Shown here in pieces: positions 7,675 through 17,336 of a DNA stretch of 64,000 nucleotides; position 1 is the stretch's first letter; each line of letters begins with the position of its first letter. The notes below the pieces were generated by a model. That model was not told the DNA's origin. It ran no database searches and saw only the letters and a program-made list of their open reading frames with translations. Location: assembly GCA_963702425.1 (NCBI GenBank), contig CAVPCQ010000016.1:160001-224000 (forward strand), read 5' to 3'. The stretch is from an uncultured Acidobacteriota bacterium. GTDB lineage: Bacteria > Acidobacteriota > Polarisedimenticolia > J045. The translations under genes and the position numbers were made by a program.

Positions 7675-10600
7675 ATGCCCGAGAAAGAGCCCCGCCGCGG
7701 CGCCTCCCGCGCCGAGATCGAGAGCGCGTTGCGGCGCGCGGGCGGCAACCGCGCCGAGGCGGCGCGCGCCCTCGGGGTCGGCCGGGCCACTCTCTACCGT
7801 TGGATCGAGGCCGAGGCGATCGAAGGCACCGACGGCTCGAGCCTGATCGGTGGTCGCTACGAGTTGCTGCGCCCGCTCGGCAGCGGCGGCCAGGCGACGG
7901 TCTTCCTGGTGCGCGACCGCGCGGCCGCCGGACGCGGCGAGCCGTCCGAGCGCGCACTCAAGCTGCTGCACGCCGAGGTCGGCGAACCGGAAGAGGTCGA
8001 GCGGTTGCGCGGCGAGTTCCGCGCGCTGGCCGGCCTGCGCCACCCGGGATTGGTGCGCGTCTTCGACTTCGGCGTGGACGACGCCAGCGGGCGGCCGTTC
8101 CTGGTGATGGAGGTCGTGCCGGGCACGCCGTTCGTCGCGGCCGCCGCCGGGCGCTCGACCCGGTGGGTCCTGGCCGCGCTCGCCGCCGCGCTGCGCGCGG
8201 TCGCGCACCTGCACCGCCGCGGGATCGTGCACCGCGACCTGAAGTCCGAGAACGTGCTCGTCGCGCCGGGAAGCGATCCGGGACGCCCGGGCCGCGCGAC
8301 GGTGATGGACCTCGGCCTGTCGGAGGCGCTGGCCGGGCCGCAGCAGGGCGCCGGCGGCACACTGCTCTACGCCGCGCCGGAGTTGCTCGCCGGCGAGCGC
8401 GCCTCCGCCCGCAGCGACGTCTTCGCACTCGGGGTGACGCTCGAGCGCGCGCTCGACGAACGGCGCGACGACCGGCCGCCCGGTCTCGACGCGTTCCTCG
8501 CGCGGATGACCGCGGCCGACCCGGCGGCGCGCTTCGCCGATGCCGCGGTGGCGCTCGAGGAGCTGGAGCGGATCGCAGGTCCACTGCCCGACGCCGCCGG
8601 TCCGGCCGACGGGACCGCGGTCGCCTTCGTCGGCCGCGCGGCCGAACTGGCCGAAGCGCTGGCGCGCCTCGATCCGGCACGCGACGCGGCAACGCCGCCG
8701 TTGCTGCTGATCACCGGCGAAGGGGGCGCGGGCAAGTCGCGCCTGCTCGAGGCCGTGCTCGACGAGCTGCGCGCCCGCGGGACCGCGGTCGCGCGCGGCA
8801 CCTGCCGCCCGGGCGGCGAGCACAGCCTCGATCCGCTGGTCGAACTGCTGGCCGAGGTGCTCGGCGGCGCCGACGGAACCGGGACGGCGCCGGCCGACGA
8901 GCTGGTGCGCCGGCACCGCGCCGCGCTGGCCGCGGTCGCGCCGGCGCTCGTCGCCCCCGCGGCGGACGAGCCCCCGCCCGACCGTCGGACCGCGATCGCC
9001 GCGCTGGCCGAGCTGGCGGTCGAGTCGGCACGCGCGCGGCCGCTGGTGCTGGCGGTCGAGGACCTGCACGACGCCGACCCGTTCGTGCTCGACCTCGTCG
9101 CCGCGATCGCCCGCCGCGCGCGCGGCACCGCGCTGCGCGTCGCGGCCACCGCCCGGCCCGACGAGGATCGACCCGCGTTCGCCGCCGCGGCCCGCGCGCT
9201 GGAGGCCGAGGGGCTGTTCGCGGCGCTGCTGCTCGGCCCGCTCTCGCGCGCCGAGGTTGCAGCGCTGGCCGCCGAGGTCGTCGGGCCGGCACGCGCCGCG
9301 CTGCTGGCCGAGCGGGTCCACGGGCTGACCTCCGGGAACGCGTTCTTCGCCGAGACGGTGCTGCGCGATCTCGCCGAGCGGGTCGGCGGCGACGGCGACG
9401 AGCTGCGCCTGCCGACCAGTCGCCAGGAAGCGCTGGCCGAGAATGTCGCGCGCAGCGGCCCGGCCGGGATCGCGCTGCTCGAAGCGCTCGCCGTCGCCGG
9501 CGCGCCGGAGACCGACGTCGACCTGCGCGCCGTCGTCAGTGGCGCTGGGGGCGGCGAAGCCGCAGGCGTCGCCGCCGCGGACGCCGTCCCGGCGCTGCTC
9601 GCACGCCGGATGCTCGTGCGCCGCGACGACGGGCGGCTCGACCTGGCGCACGCGACGCTGCGCGAGGCGCTGCTCGAGGCGGCGGGCGCGGAGCGCCGGC
9701 GCGCGCTGCACCGCGCCTGGGCCGCGCTCGCCGCAGACGACTCGGCGCGGATCGTCGAGCGTGCCGGACACCTGCTGGCGGCCGCGGACGGCGCGGGCCA
9801 TGCGGACGCGCTGCTCGCGGCCGCCGACACGCTCGAGCGCTCGTGGCGGCCGGGGGCGGCGATCCCGTTCCTCGAAGCGGTGCTCGCGGCGTCGCTCGAG
9901 ACTGCGGTCAGCGCGGCGTCGCTCGATGCCGCGCCCCGCACCGCGCGCGAGCGGCTCGCGCTCTACGCACGGCTCGAGCGGGCCTGGCACGCGATCCGCA
10001 ACGACGTCCGCGCGATCGACCTCTGTCGCGCCTGGGCCGACGCCGCGCGGGCGCTCGGCGACGCGGCCTCGGAATCGCGGGCGCTCGGAATGCTCGCGGC
10101 ACGGCTGCGCGGCCTCGCCCGCTTCGACGAGGCGCGGGCCGCGGCCGAGAGCGCGGTTGCGCTGGCGAAAGGCAGCGGCGACCCGGCGGCGCTCGCGCTG
10201 GCGCTGAAGATCCTGGCCAGCGTGCAGCTCACGGCCTGGGATCACGACGCCGCCCTGGCAACGATGGAGCAGGCGCTGGCGCTCTTCCGCGAGACGGAGG
10301 ACCCAGGGCGCGCGGGCAGCGCCGAACGTGCCGGCGGCGCCGAGCGCTCCCGCGACGTCGCGACCTGTCTCAACGACATCGCGTTGCTGCGCGCGCTCGG
10401 CGGCCGGACACAGGCCGCGCTCGAGGCACTGGACGAGGCGCGGGCGATCTTCCGCGGGCTCGACGACCGCGTCTGGGCGGCGAACCTCCACGTCAACGAG
10501 GCGCTGGTGCGGACCTTCCTCGGCGACCTGGCGGGGGCGGCGGCGCGCCTCGACGAGACGCTGGCCGAGATCCCGGCGCTCGGCGCCGCGGTGCCGCTCG

Positions 10601-12943
10601 AGCTGGCGCTCGAGAACCTCGGCCTCGTGCAGCTCCGGCTCGGGCGCTACGAGGCGGCGCTGGCGACCGGCCGCCGGCTGCTCGACGAGGCGACCCGCTT
10701 CGACCGCCGGGCCTACCGCGTCTCCGGGCTGCTGATCGCCGGCGAGGCGCTGTTCTGGACCGACGAGCGCGACGCCGCGCGCGAGCACGACCGGCTCGCG
10801 CTCTCGCTGGCCGAGGCGCTGGGCGAAGCAGCGCAGCTTCAGTTCGCACGGCTCGCCGTCGCGCGCGACCGGCGCGCCGACCGCGCCCTCGACGCCGCGC
10901 GCGAGGCAGCCGACGCCGCGCTGGCCGACTCCGAGCGCACCGGAAACCTCAGGATCCGCGCACTGGCGGCGCTCGAGCGGGCACGGATCGCGCTCGACGA
11001 AGAGGACGCCCCGGGCGCGCTGGCCTGGCTCGACCGGGCCGAAGTCGCGCTGGCGGTTCCGCGCGAGGACGGCCCGGCCACGCGTGCCGCGCTGCTCTAC
11101 GAGCGCGCCCGCGCGCGCCGACTGGCGCGCCAGCCGGACCTGGCGCGGGCCGACGCCGAGGAGGCGATCGGCCTGGCGCGGCGCTCCGGGATGACCGAGC
11201 TGGAACTGCGCGCGCTGGCCGTGCTGGCCGGTCTGTTCGCCGAGCGCGGCGACCAGCCGGCGGCGGACGAGGCGCTGGCCCACGCGGTGGCGCTGGCCGA
11301 CGCGCTGGCCGGCGGGATCGCCGACCCGGCGCGGCGCGCGCGCTTCCTCGGCCGGCCCGACCTGCTCGCCCTGCGCGACGCGGCGGTCCGCCGGGGCGCG
11401 CTGCAGCCCGCCGGACGCGCCGCCGCCCCGGCCGGCCGGGCACGCGGCCTCGACCCGCTGGCCGCGCTCTACGAAGTCGCGCAAGCGGTGGCCGACGAGG
11501 GCGACCTCGACCCGCTCTTCCGCCGGATCGTGGCCCTCGCGGTCGAGCAGGCGGGCGCGGAGCGCGGCCTGCTGCTGCTGCGCCGCGCGGACGGCGGCGC
11601 GCTGGAGCCGGTCGCGGCCGAGGGGGTGGAGGACCGGACCGCGCACGACGCGGTGCAGATCTCGAAGAGCGTGCTGGCCCGCGCCGACGAGGGGCACGCG
11701 ATCCTGGCCCGTGACGCGCGCTCGCATCCCGACCTGTCGGAAGCGCAGTCGGTGGCGCTGTTCGACATCCGCTCGGTGATGTGCGTTCCGCTGCGCCTCG
11801 GGCGCGAAGTGCTGGGCACGCTGTACGTCGACACCCGCGGCGCGCACGCCGCGTTCTCGGAAGCCGATCTGCGCTTTCTCGAGGCGCTGGCCGCGCAGGC
11901 GGCGGTCGCGCTGGGCTACGGGCGGCTGGTCGGCCGGTTGTCGCGCGAGCGCGAGGCGCTACGCCAGGCAGCCGACGCGGCGCGCGGTTTCGGCGAGCTG
12001 ATCGGCCGCTCGGCGGCGATGCGCCGCGTCTTCGAGACCCTGGCCAAGGTCGCGCCGACCTCGCTGCCGGTGATCGTCACCGGGGAGTCGGGGACCGGCA
12101 AGGAGCTGGTCGCACGCGCGCTGCACGAGTCCTCTCCGCGTCGCGCCCACCCGTTCCTGACCGAGAACTGCGCGACGATTCCTGAGACGCTGCTGGAGAG
12201 CGTCCTGTTCGGCCACGCGCGCGGCGCGTTCACCGGGGCGGACGCACCGCGCCGTGGCCTGTTCGAGCTGGCGGACGGCGGAACCCTGGTGCTGGACGAG
12301 ATCGGCGACATGAGCCCGGGGCTGCAGGCCAAGCTGCTGCGCGTGCTGCAGGACCGCGCCTTCCGGCCGCTCGGCAGCGAGCGGCTGGTGCGCGCCGACG
12401 TGCGGGTCGTCGGCGCGACCCACCGCGATCTCGAGTCGCTGATGCGGGACGGCGTTTTCCGGCAGGACCTCTACTTCCGGCTCAACGGAATCACGATCGA
12501 GATCCCGCCGCTGCGCGAGCGCCGCGAGGACGTCCCGCTGCTGGCGCATCACTTCCTGGAACGCGAGGCCCGGGCGGCCGGCCTTCCCGCTCCTCCCACG
12601 CTGGAGCCGTCGGCCCTTCGCGCGCTGGCCGCGCTCGACTGGCCGGGCAACGTGCGCCAGCTCGAGCACACGATGCGGCGTCTCCTGATCTTCGCCGAGG
12701 GGGGCCGGATCACGCGCGAGACCCTGGCCGCGGACCCGGAGCTGGCGGCGGCCGCAGGGCTGAAGGCGGGGGCGGCGGGCGGAGCGAGGGCGGCCGCGGG
12801 ATCCGCGCCGGTGCCCCCGATCCGAGCAGGCGGTCCGGGAGGCGCTCGCCCGCACGGGTGGAAACCGCAAGGAGGCGGCGCGGACGCTGGGCCTGTCGCG
12901 CGCGACCTTCTACCGCCGGCTGGGGGAGCTGGGGATCCGCTGA
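7675..12943 (+). CDS. Fis-HTH / Ser-Thr kinase / STAND-type ATPase / TPR / GAF / sigma54-activator AAA+ / Fis-HTH multidomain regulator (frameshift near 12820)
   Basis: N-terminal GGNRAEAARALGVGRATLYR; kinase LGSGGQATV, HRDLKSEN, DLGLS, GTLLYAAPE; GEGGAGKS and VEDLHDAD; TPR-like helices; GAF SVMCVPL..GTLYVD; GESGTGKE, GAFTGA, LDEIG, FRQDLYFRL, WPGNVRQL; alternative frame gives ALARTGGNRKEAARTLGLSRATFYRRLGELGIR-stop at 12941-12943. Confidence 0.85.
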
Positions 12944-13084
12944 GGGAGTGTCTCCAGGCGTGTGGTCCACGCGGCGAGTTGCGGGTCCGGGACGGTCCGC
13001 GTTCCGGCCGAGCCCGGGTTCGAGTTCACGCTGAGCGTGGTGCCGCTTCCCGATGGGCCGTGAGGGGAGCCCTTCCTTCACCTT

Positions 13085-13250
13085 CCCGTGAGACACCCTC
13101 CGTGTCTCACGGGGCGCGGACACGCCCTTCGGCCCCCTTCTCCGTGAGACACCGCAACCCCTTGCAAAGACACGATTTGCTGGATGAGACACCTCATCTC
13201 CCCCGTGTCTCATGGACACGGCCTCCCGAGTGTCTCATCCCCATAAGACA
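13085..13250. promoter_or_regulatory. Putative upstream activator sequences (GAGACA/TGTCTC repeats) for the adjacent sigma54 activator
   Basis: Perfect inverted repeat CCCGTGAGACAC-N5-GTGTCTCACGGG (13085-13113); further TGAGACAC at ~13145 and ~13185, GTGTCTCAT at 13205 and 13230, TAAGACA ending 13250. Confidence 0.7.
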
Positions 13251-13255
13251 AGCAA

Positions 13256-13268
13256 TATCAACCACTTG
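13256..13268 (+). promoter_or_regulatory. IHF binding site
   Basis: TATCAACCACTTG matches WATCAANNNNTTR exactly and lies between the UAS and the -24/-12 element. Confidence 0.65.
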
Positions 13269-13284
13269 ACGCCGCCGCTCCGCA

Positions 13285-13300
13285 TGGCCCGCCTCTTGCA
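13285..13300 (+). promoter_or_regulatory. Sigma54 (RpoN) -24/-12 promoter
   Basis: TGGCCCGCCTCTTGCA with exact GG-N10-GC spacing, followed by AAGGAGG RBS and ATG at 13328. Confidence 0.8.
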
Positions 13301-13327
13301 GTAGTGCTTTTCAAAGGAGGAAGGACC

Positions 13328-15277
13328 ATGAAACCCGCACGCTGTTTCCTGGCACTCGCACTGGTGCTGGCGCTCGTCCCGCTCGCGCTTGCCGGGGGCA
13401 AGCCGACTGCGGTGCTTGCGCGCGACCTGGGCGCGGCGTTCGACGCGGCGAAGACCCCGGCCGGCACGCCGGTCGTGATCCAGCTCCGCGACGGCGCGAA
13501 ACTTGGCGGTCCGCTCGCGGCGCTCGCGGCGTCGGGCCGCACGGTCGGCCACGGCGCGCTCGTCGCCGCGCTCGATCGGGCGACGCTCGACCGCCTGGCG
13601 GCCGACCCCGCGGTGCTCTCGCTTTCGCCCGACCGCGAGATCCGCGCCAACCTCGACGTCGGCCGCCCGGCGGTCAACGGCGACATCGCCTACACCACGA
13701 CCGGTGCGACCGGCCGCGGCGTGACCGTGGCGCTGATCGACTCCGGACTCGCGCCGGGCATCGCGGTCCCCGAGTCGCGCGTCTTGGCGCGCGTCGACTT
13801 CGTCGATCCGAAGGGCAAGGCGCGCGACGGCTTCGGCCACGGCACCCACATCGCCGGGATCATCGGCGGGCGGGACGGCGTGGCGCCGGAGACCAACTTC
13901 GTCGTGCTGCGCGTGCTCGACGACCAGGGGGCCGGCCGGCTCTCGTCGGTGATCTCGGCGGTCGACTGGGCGATCGCCAACAAGGCCGCGTACGGGATCG
14001 AAGTCGTCAACCTGTCGCTGGGCTACACGCCGCAGATGTCGTTCCGGTTCGACCCGCTGAACGTCGCGGTGCGCCGGGCCTGGGACGCCGGGCTGACGGT
14101 CGTCGCCTCGGCCGGCAACCGCGGCCGCGATGGCCGCCTGACGATCAACGCACCGGGCAACGACCCGCTGGTGATCACCGTCGGCGCGATGAACGACTTC
14201 AACACCGTGGCCCGCGGGGACGACTCGGTGACCACGTTCTCCGGCCGCGGCCCGTCGCTGGGCGACCTGGTCGTGAAGCCGGACGTCGTCGCGCCGGGCA
14301 ACCGGATCGTCGGGGCGATGGCTCCCAACTGCTCGCTGGCGACGAACTACCCCGACAAGGTCGTGGACAACAATCTCGAACTGTCCGGCACGAGCATGGC
14401 GGCCGGCTTCGCCACGGCGACCGCCGCGCTGCTGCTCGAGCGCTACCCCGACGCCAGCAACGACGCGATCAAGTCGATCCTGATGCGCTCGGCGGAAAAG
14501 GTGCCGGGCGACGTCTTCGCGCGCGGCGCGGGCTACCTCGACGCGCTGAAGGCGCTCCAACTGGCGGCTACGATGGCGACGCCGCGCGACTTCAACTCGG
14601 CCTCCCCGCTCGTGGCGCGCACGCCGAAGGGCGTGGCCTTCTACACCCTGAACGGCAAGACCCACCGCCCGGTGCTGCTGGCCAACGTCGGTGCGACTTA
14701 CGGCAAGGGCGCGACCTATGGCGACCCGCAGTTCTGGCACGACGCGGAGCTGTGGGGCGAGCGGGCCGCGGCCTATGCCGACGGCGTGATCTGGGCCGAC
14801 GGCGTGATCTGGGGCGACGGCGTGATCTGGGGCGACGGCGTGATCTGGGGCGACGGCGTGATCTGGGGCGACGGCGTGATCTGGGGCGACGGCGTGATCT
14901 GGGGCGACGGCGTGATCTGGGCCGACGGCGTGATCTGGGGCGACGGCGTGATCTGGGGCGACGGCGTGATCTGGGGCGACGGCGTGATCTGGGGCGACGG
15001 CGTGATCTGGGCTGACGGCGTGATCTGGGGCGACGGCGTGATCTGGGGTGACGGCGTGATCTGGGGCGACGGATTGCTCTGGGGCGACGGCGTGATCTGG
15101 GGTGACGGCGTGATCTGGGGCGACGGCGTCATCTGGGCCGACGGCGTGATCTGGGGTGACGGTGTGATCTGGGGTGACGGCGTGATCTGGGCCGACGGTG
15201 TGATCTGGGGCGATGGCGTGATCTGGGGCGACGGCGTGATCTGGGGTGACTCGCTCACGGGCGCCGTAGCCGACTGA
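13328..15277 (+). CDS. Secreted S8 subtilisin-like serine protease (AprX-like) with C-terminal hexapeptide repeat tail
   Basis: Signal peptide MKPARCFLALALVLALVPLALA, propeptide, catalytic VALIDSG / HGTHIAG / SGTSMA, oxyanion SAGN; 26 x (G/A)DGVIW at the C-terminus. Confidence 0.9.
   Translation: MKPARCFLALALVLALVPLALAGGKPTAVLARDLGAAFDAAKTPAGTPVVIQLRDGAKLGGPLAALAASGRTVGHGALVAALDRATLDRLAADPAVLSLSPDREIRANLDVGRPAVNGDIAYTTTGATGRGVTVALIDSGLAPGIAVPESRVLARVDFVDPKGKARDGFGHGTHIAGIIGGRDGVAPETNFVVLRVLDDQGAGRLSSVISAVDWAIANKAAYGIEVVNLSLGYTPQMSFRFDPLNVAVRRAWDAGLTVVASAGNRGRDGRLTINAPGNDPLVITVGAMNDFNTVARGDDSVTTFSGRGPSLGDLVVKPDVVAPGNRIVGAMAPNCSLATNYPDKVVDNNLELSGTSMAAGFATATAALLLERYPDASNDAIKSILMRSAEKVPGDVFARGAGYLDALKALQLAATMATPRDFNSASPLVARTPKGVAFYTLNGKTHRPVLLANVGATYGKGATYGDPQFWHDAELWGERAAAYADGVIWADGVIWGDGVIWGDGVIWGDGVIWGDGVIWGDGVIWGDGVIWADGVIWGDGVIWGDGVIWGDGVIWGDGVIWADGVIWGDGVIWGDGVIWGDGLLWGDGVIWGDGVIWGDGVIWADGVIWGDGVIWGDGVIWADGVIWGDGVIWGDGVIWGDSLTGAVAD
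14777..15244 (+). repeat. 26 tandem 18-bp coding repeats, (G/A)DGVIW
   Basis: 468 nt = 26 x 18; consensus GGCGACGGCGTGATCTGG with synonymous variants, Gly/Ala swaps and one GDGLLW. Confidence 0.95.
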
Positions 15278-15383
15278 GTTCTTCATGGGTTGACGGAACG
15301 GTTCCGCGGGGCCCCGTCTTCTCCCCCCGCCCCGCGGAATCGCCGAGGCCGGAATCGTCCCCCCACGGACCTCGGTTTCATCC

Positions 15384-15430
15384 CGCGCAGGGGTCGGGCG
15401 GTCCCTTGGACCCGACCCCTGCGCGATCTT
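15384..15430. terminator. Probable intrinsic terminator between the convergent protease and xth genes
   Basis: 15-bp perfect stem CGCGCAGGGGTCGGG / CCCGACCCCTGCGCG followed by ATCTTTCT. Confidence 0.55.
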
Positions 15431-15433
15431 TCT

Positions 15434-16213
15434 CTAGGATGGGCGCGCGTCCAGGTCGACGAAGACCGGCGCATGGTCCGAAGGCTTATCGCCTCGGCGC
15501 GGCTCGACGTCGATCTCCGCGGCCGCGGCCCGCACGGCGACGGGTCCGGTCGCGAGCACCAGGTCGATCCGCGCGCCGAGGTTGCGCCGGAAGGCGTTCA
15601 TCCGGTAGTCCCACCAGGAGTAGCGCTTCGGGGCGTCGTCGCAGCGCCGATAGACGTCCGCCAGCCCCCAGTCGAGCAGGCGTTTGAGCCGGACCCGCTC
15701 CTCGTCGGTGAACAGGATCGAGAAGCGGAACTCCTGCGGGTCGTAGACGTCGCGCTCCTCGGGGATGAGGTTGAAGTCGCCGAGCAGCACGAGCGGCTGG
15801 TCCGGGCGGTGGGCCGTTTCGAGGTGGCGCGCGAGGTCGTCGAGCCAGCGCAGCTTGTAGGAGTACTTGTCGGTCCCGACCTCCTGACCGTTCGGCACGT
15901 AGAGGTTGAGGAAGCGGATCCCGCCGACGGTAGCGGCCACGGCGCGGGCCGCGGGGTCCCAGGCCAGCTCGGGGAGGCCGACCGCCGGGTCCTCGAGCGG
16001 GGCCCGCGCCAGCAGCGCGACACCGTTGTAGGTCTTCTGCCCGAGGACGACGGCCTCGTAGCCGGCCGCGCGCAACGCGTCGCGCGGGAAGTCGGCGTCC
16101 GTGAGCTTCAGCTCCTGGAGCCCGATCACGTCGGGCCGGCGGGCCGCGAGCCAGTCGAGGACCGCCGGCAGCCGGACCTTGAGCGAGTTGACGTTCCAGG
16201 TGGCGATGCGCAT
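15434..16213 (-). CDS. xth: Exodeoxyribonuclease III
   Basis: MRIATWNVNS, LQELK, YNGVA, YVPNG, GDFN, YSWWDYR, RIDL, SDHAPV. Confidence 0.95.
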   Translation of the reverse strand: MRIATWNVNSLKVRLPAVLDWLAARRPDVIGLQELKLTDADFPRDALRAAGYEAVVLGQKTYNGVALLARAPLEDPAVGLPELAWDPAARAVAATVGGIRFLNLYVPNGQEVGTDKYSYKLRWLDDLARHLETAHRPDQPLVLLGDFNLIPEERDVYDPQEFRFSILFTDEERVRLKRLLDWGLADVYRRCDDAPKRYSWWDYRMNAFRRNLGARIDLVLATGPVAVRAAAAEIDVEPRRGDKPSDHAPVFVDLDARPS

Positions 16214-16369
16214 CGCGGCTCCGGGCCCGCGGCGCGGCCGCGGGGCGGCAGTGTAGCGCAGGCGCGCGGTGGCGATCCCGCGGCAGGGAGGGCGGTGCGA
16301 CCGGCTCGGGAGTTCTTGCTTGACGGTTCGCACGCGAGCTTCCTACACTCCGTTCCGGAGCCCCTGGCC

Positions 16370-16933
16370 ATGAGCACCCCCGGACACAGCCGCGCACCGA
16401 TGACCGCCGCCGACTACCTTGCGATGGCGGACGACGGGCGGCGCTACCAGCTGTTCGATGGGGAACTCGCAGAGATGACACCGGGACCTTCGGTGCGGCA
16501 CCAGCTGATCGTGATGAAGCTCGCGGCCTGGCTGCACGGTCACGCGGAGGCCCGCGGCCTCGGCAGGATCATCCCCTCCCCCGTCGACGTCATCCTCGGC
16601 CCACGGACGGTCGTCCAGCCGGACCTCCTGTTCATCGCGGCCGCGCACGCGGCGGCTCTCGACATGGACCGCGTGCGGATCGCGCCGGACCTCGTCGTCG
16701 AGATCCTCTCGCCCTGGACCCGTGGCGACGACCTCGGGCGCAAGGCGGACCTCTACGCCGCGGCCGGCGTCGCGCACTACTGGATCGTGGACCCCGAGGC
16801 CCGTTCGATCGCCGAGTGGATTCTCGAGGGCGGACGATTCGTGGAGCGCGCCCGTGCGTCGTCCGGCGGGCGGTTGCGGCCCGCGCTTTTCCCGGGGCTC
16901 GAGCTGGATCTCGACACCCTCTTCCGGGCCTGA
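16370..16933 (+). CDS. Uma2-family (PD-(D/E)xK) putative endonuclease
   Basis: RYQLFDGEL, HQ, VQPDLLF, PDLVVEILSP, KADLYAAAGVAHYWIVDPE. Confidence 0.85.
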   Translation: MSTPGHSRAPMTAADYLAMADDGRRYQLFDGELAEMTPGPSVRHQLIVMKLAAWLHGHAEARGLGRIIPSPVDVILGPRTVVQPDLLFIAAAHAAALDMDRVRIAPDLVVEILSPWTRGDDLGRKADLYAAAGVAHYWIVDPEARSIAEWILEGGRFVERARASSGGRLRPALFPGLELDLDTLFRA

Positions 16934-16937
16934 TCCG

Positions 16938-17270
16938 ATGAACCGCTACATGATCTGGTTCGACATCGACGACACCTCCGAAGACCTCGCCTTCGTCGAG
17001 GCGCTCGACGCGTTCCTCGACGACCTCCGGGAACGCGACATGATCGGGGGCTGGCGGCTCTCGCGGCGCAAGCTCGGCTTCGGTCCGCCGGAGCTGGGCG
17101 AGTTCCAGCTCGAGATCGAGACCGAGGACCTGGCCCAGCTCGAGCGGGCCTTCCGCGAGGTCTCGCGGCGGGAGGGGGAAACGGAGGAGCGCCACGTCGC
17201 GGTCTTCTCGCGGGTCCGCAACATGAAGACCGGGCTCTACCGCGACTTCCCGGACCCCTGGCGACGCTGA
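16938..17270 (+). CDS. Small conserved protein (DUF6614-like)
   Basis: 110 aa, YMIWFDI..., WRLSRRKLGFGP, LYRDFPD; family assigned from recall. Confidence 0.6.
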   Translation: MNRYMIWFDIDDTSEDLAFVEALDAFLDDLRERDMIGGWRLSRRKLGFGPPELGEFQLEIETEDLAQLERAFREVSRREGETEERHVAVFSRVRNMKTGLYRDFPDPWRR

Positions 17271-17272
17271 AG

Positions 17273-17336
17273 CGGGGACAGCAACCGTTAGCCGGTAAGC
17301 CGCTCGAATCGGGGACAGCTACTGTTAGCCGGTAAG
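17273..17336 (+). repeat. Left array: two copies of a 27-bp core at 37-bp period flanking RAYT1
   Basis: CGGGGACAGCAACCGTTAGCCGGTAAG at 17273 and CGGGGACAGCTACTGTTAGCCGGTAAG at 17310. Confidence 0.85.

Noticed and set aside
4636-11847. Very long antisense or alternate-frame ORFs (also 5967..11714, 25797..29543, 23500..26223, 39193..41670)
   Set aside because: Shadow ORFs of high-GC coding DNA: Arg/Pro/Gly-rich, no motifs, and overlapping well-supported genes
12944-13269. C-terminal tail of the 1864-aa ORF
   Set aside because: It reads through the promoter region; the authentic HTH and stop are in another frame ending at 12943
14777-15244. Non-coding DNA repeat, or the antisense PSPQIT ORF (14773..15258 -) as the real product
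   Set aside because: The repeats are in frame with an intact subtilase and variation is synonymous or conservative in that frame
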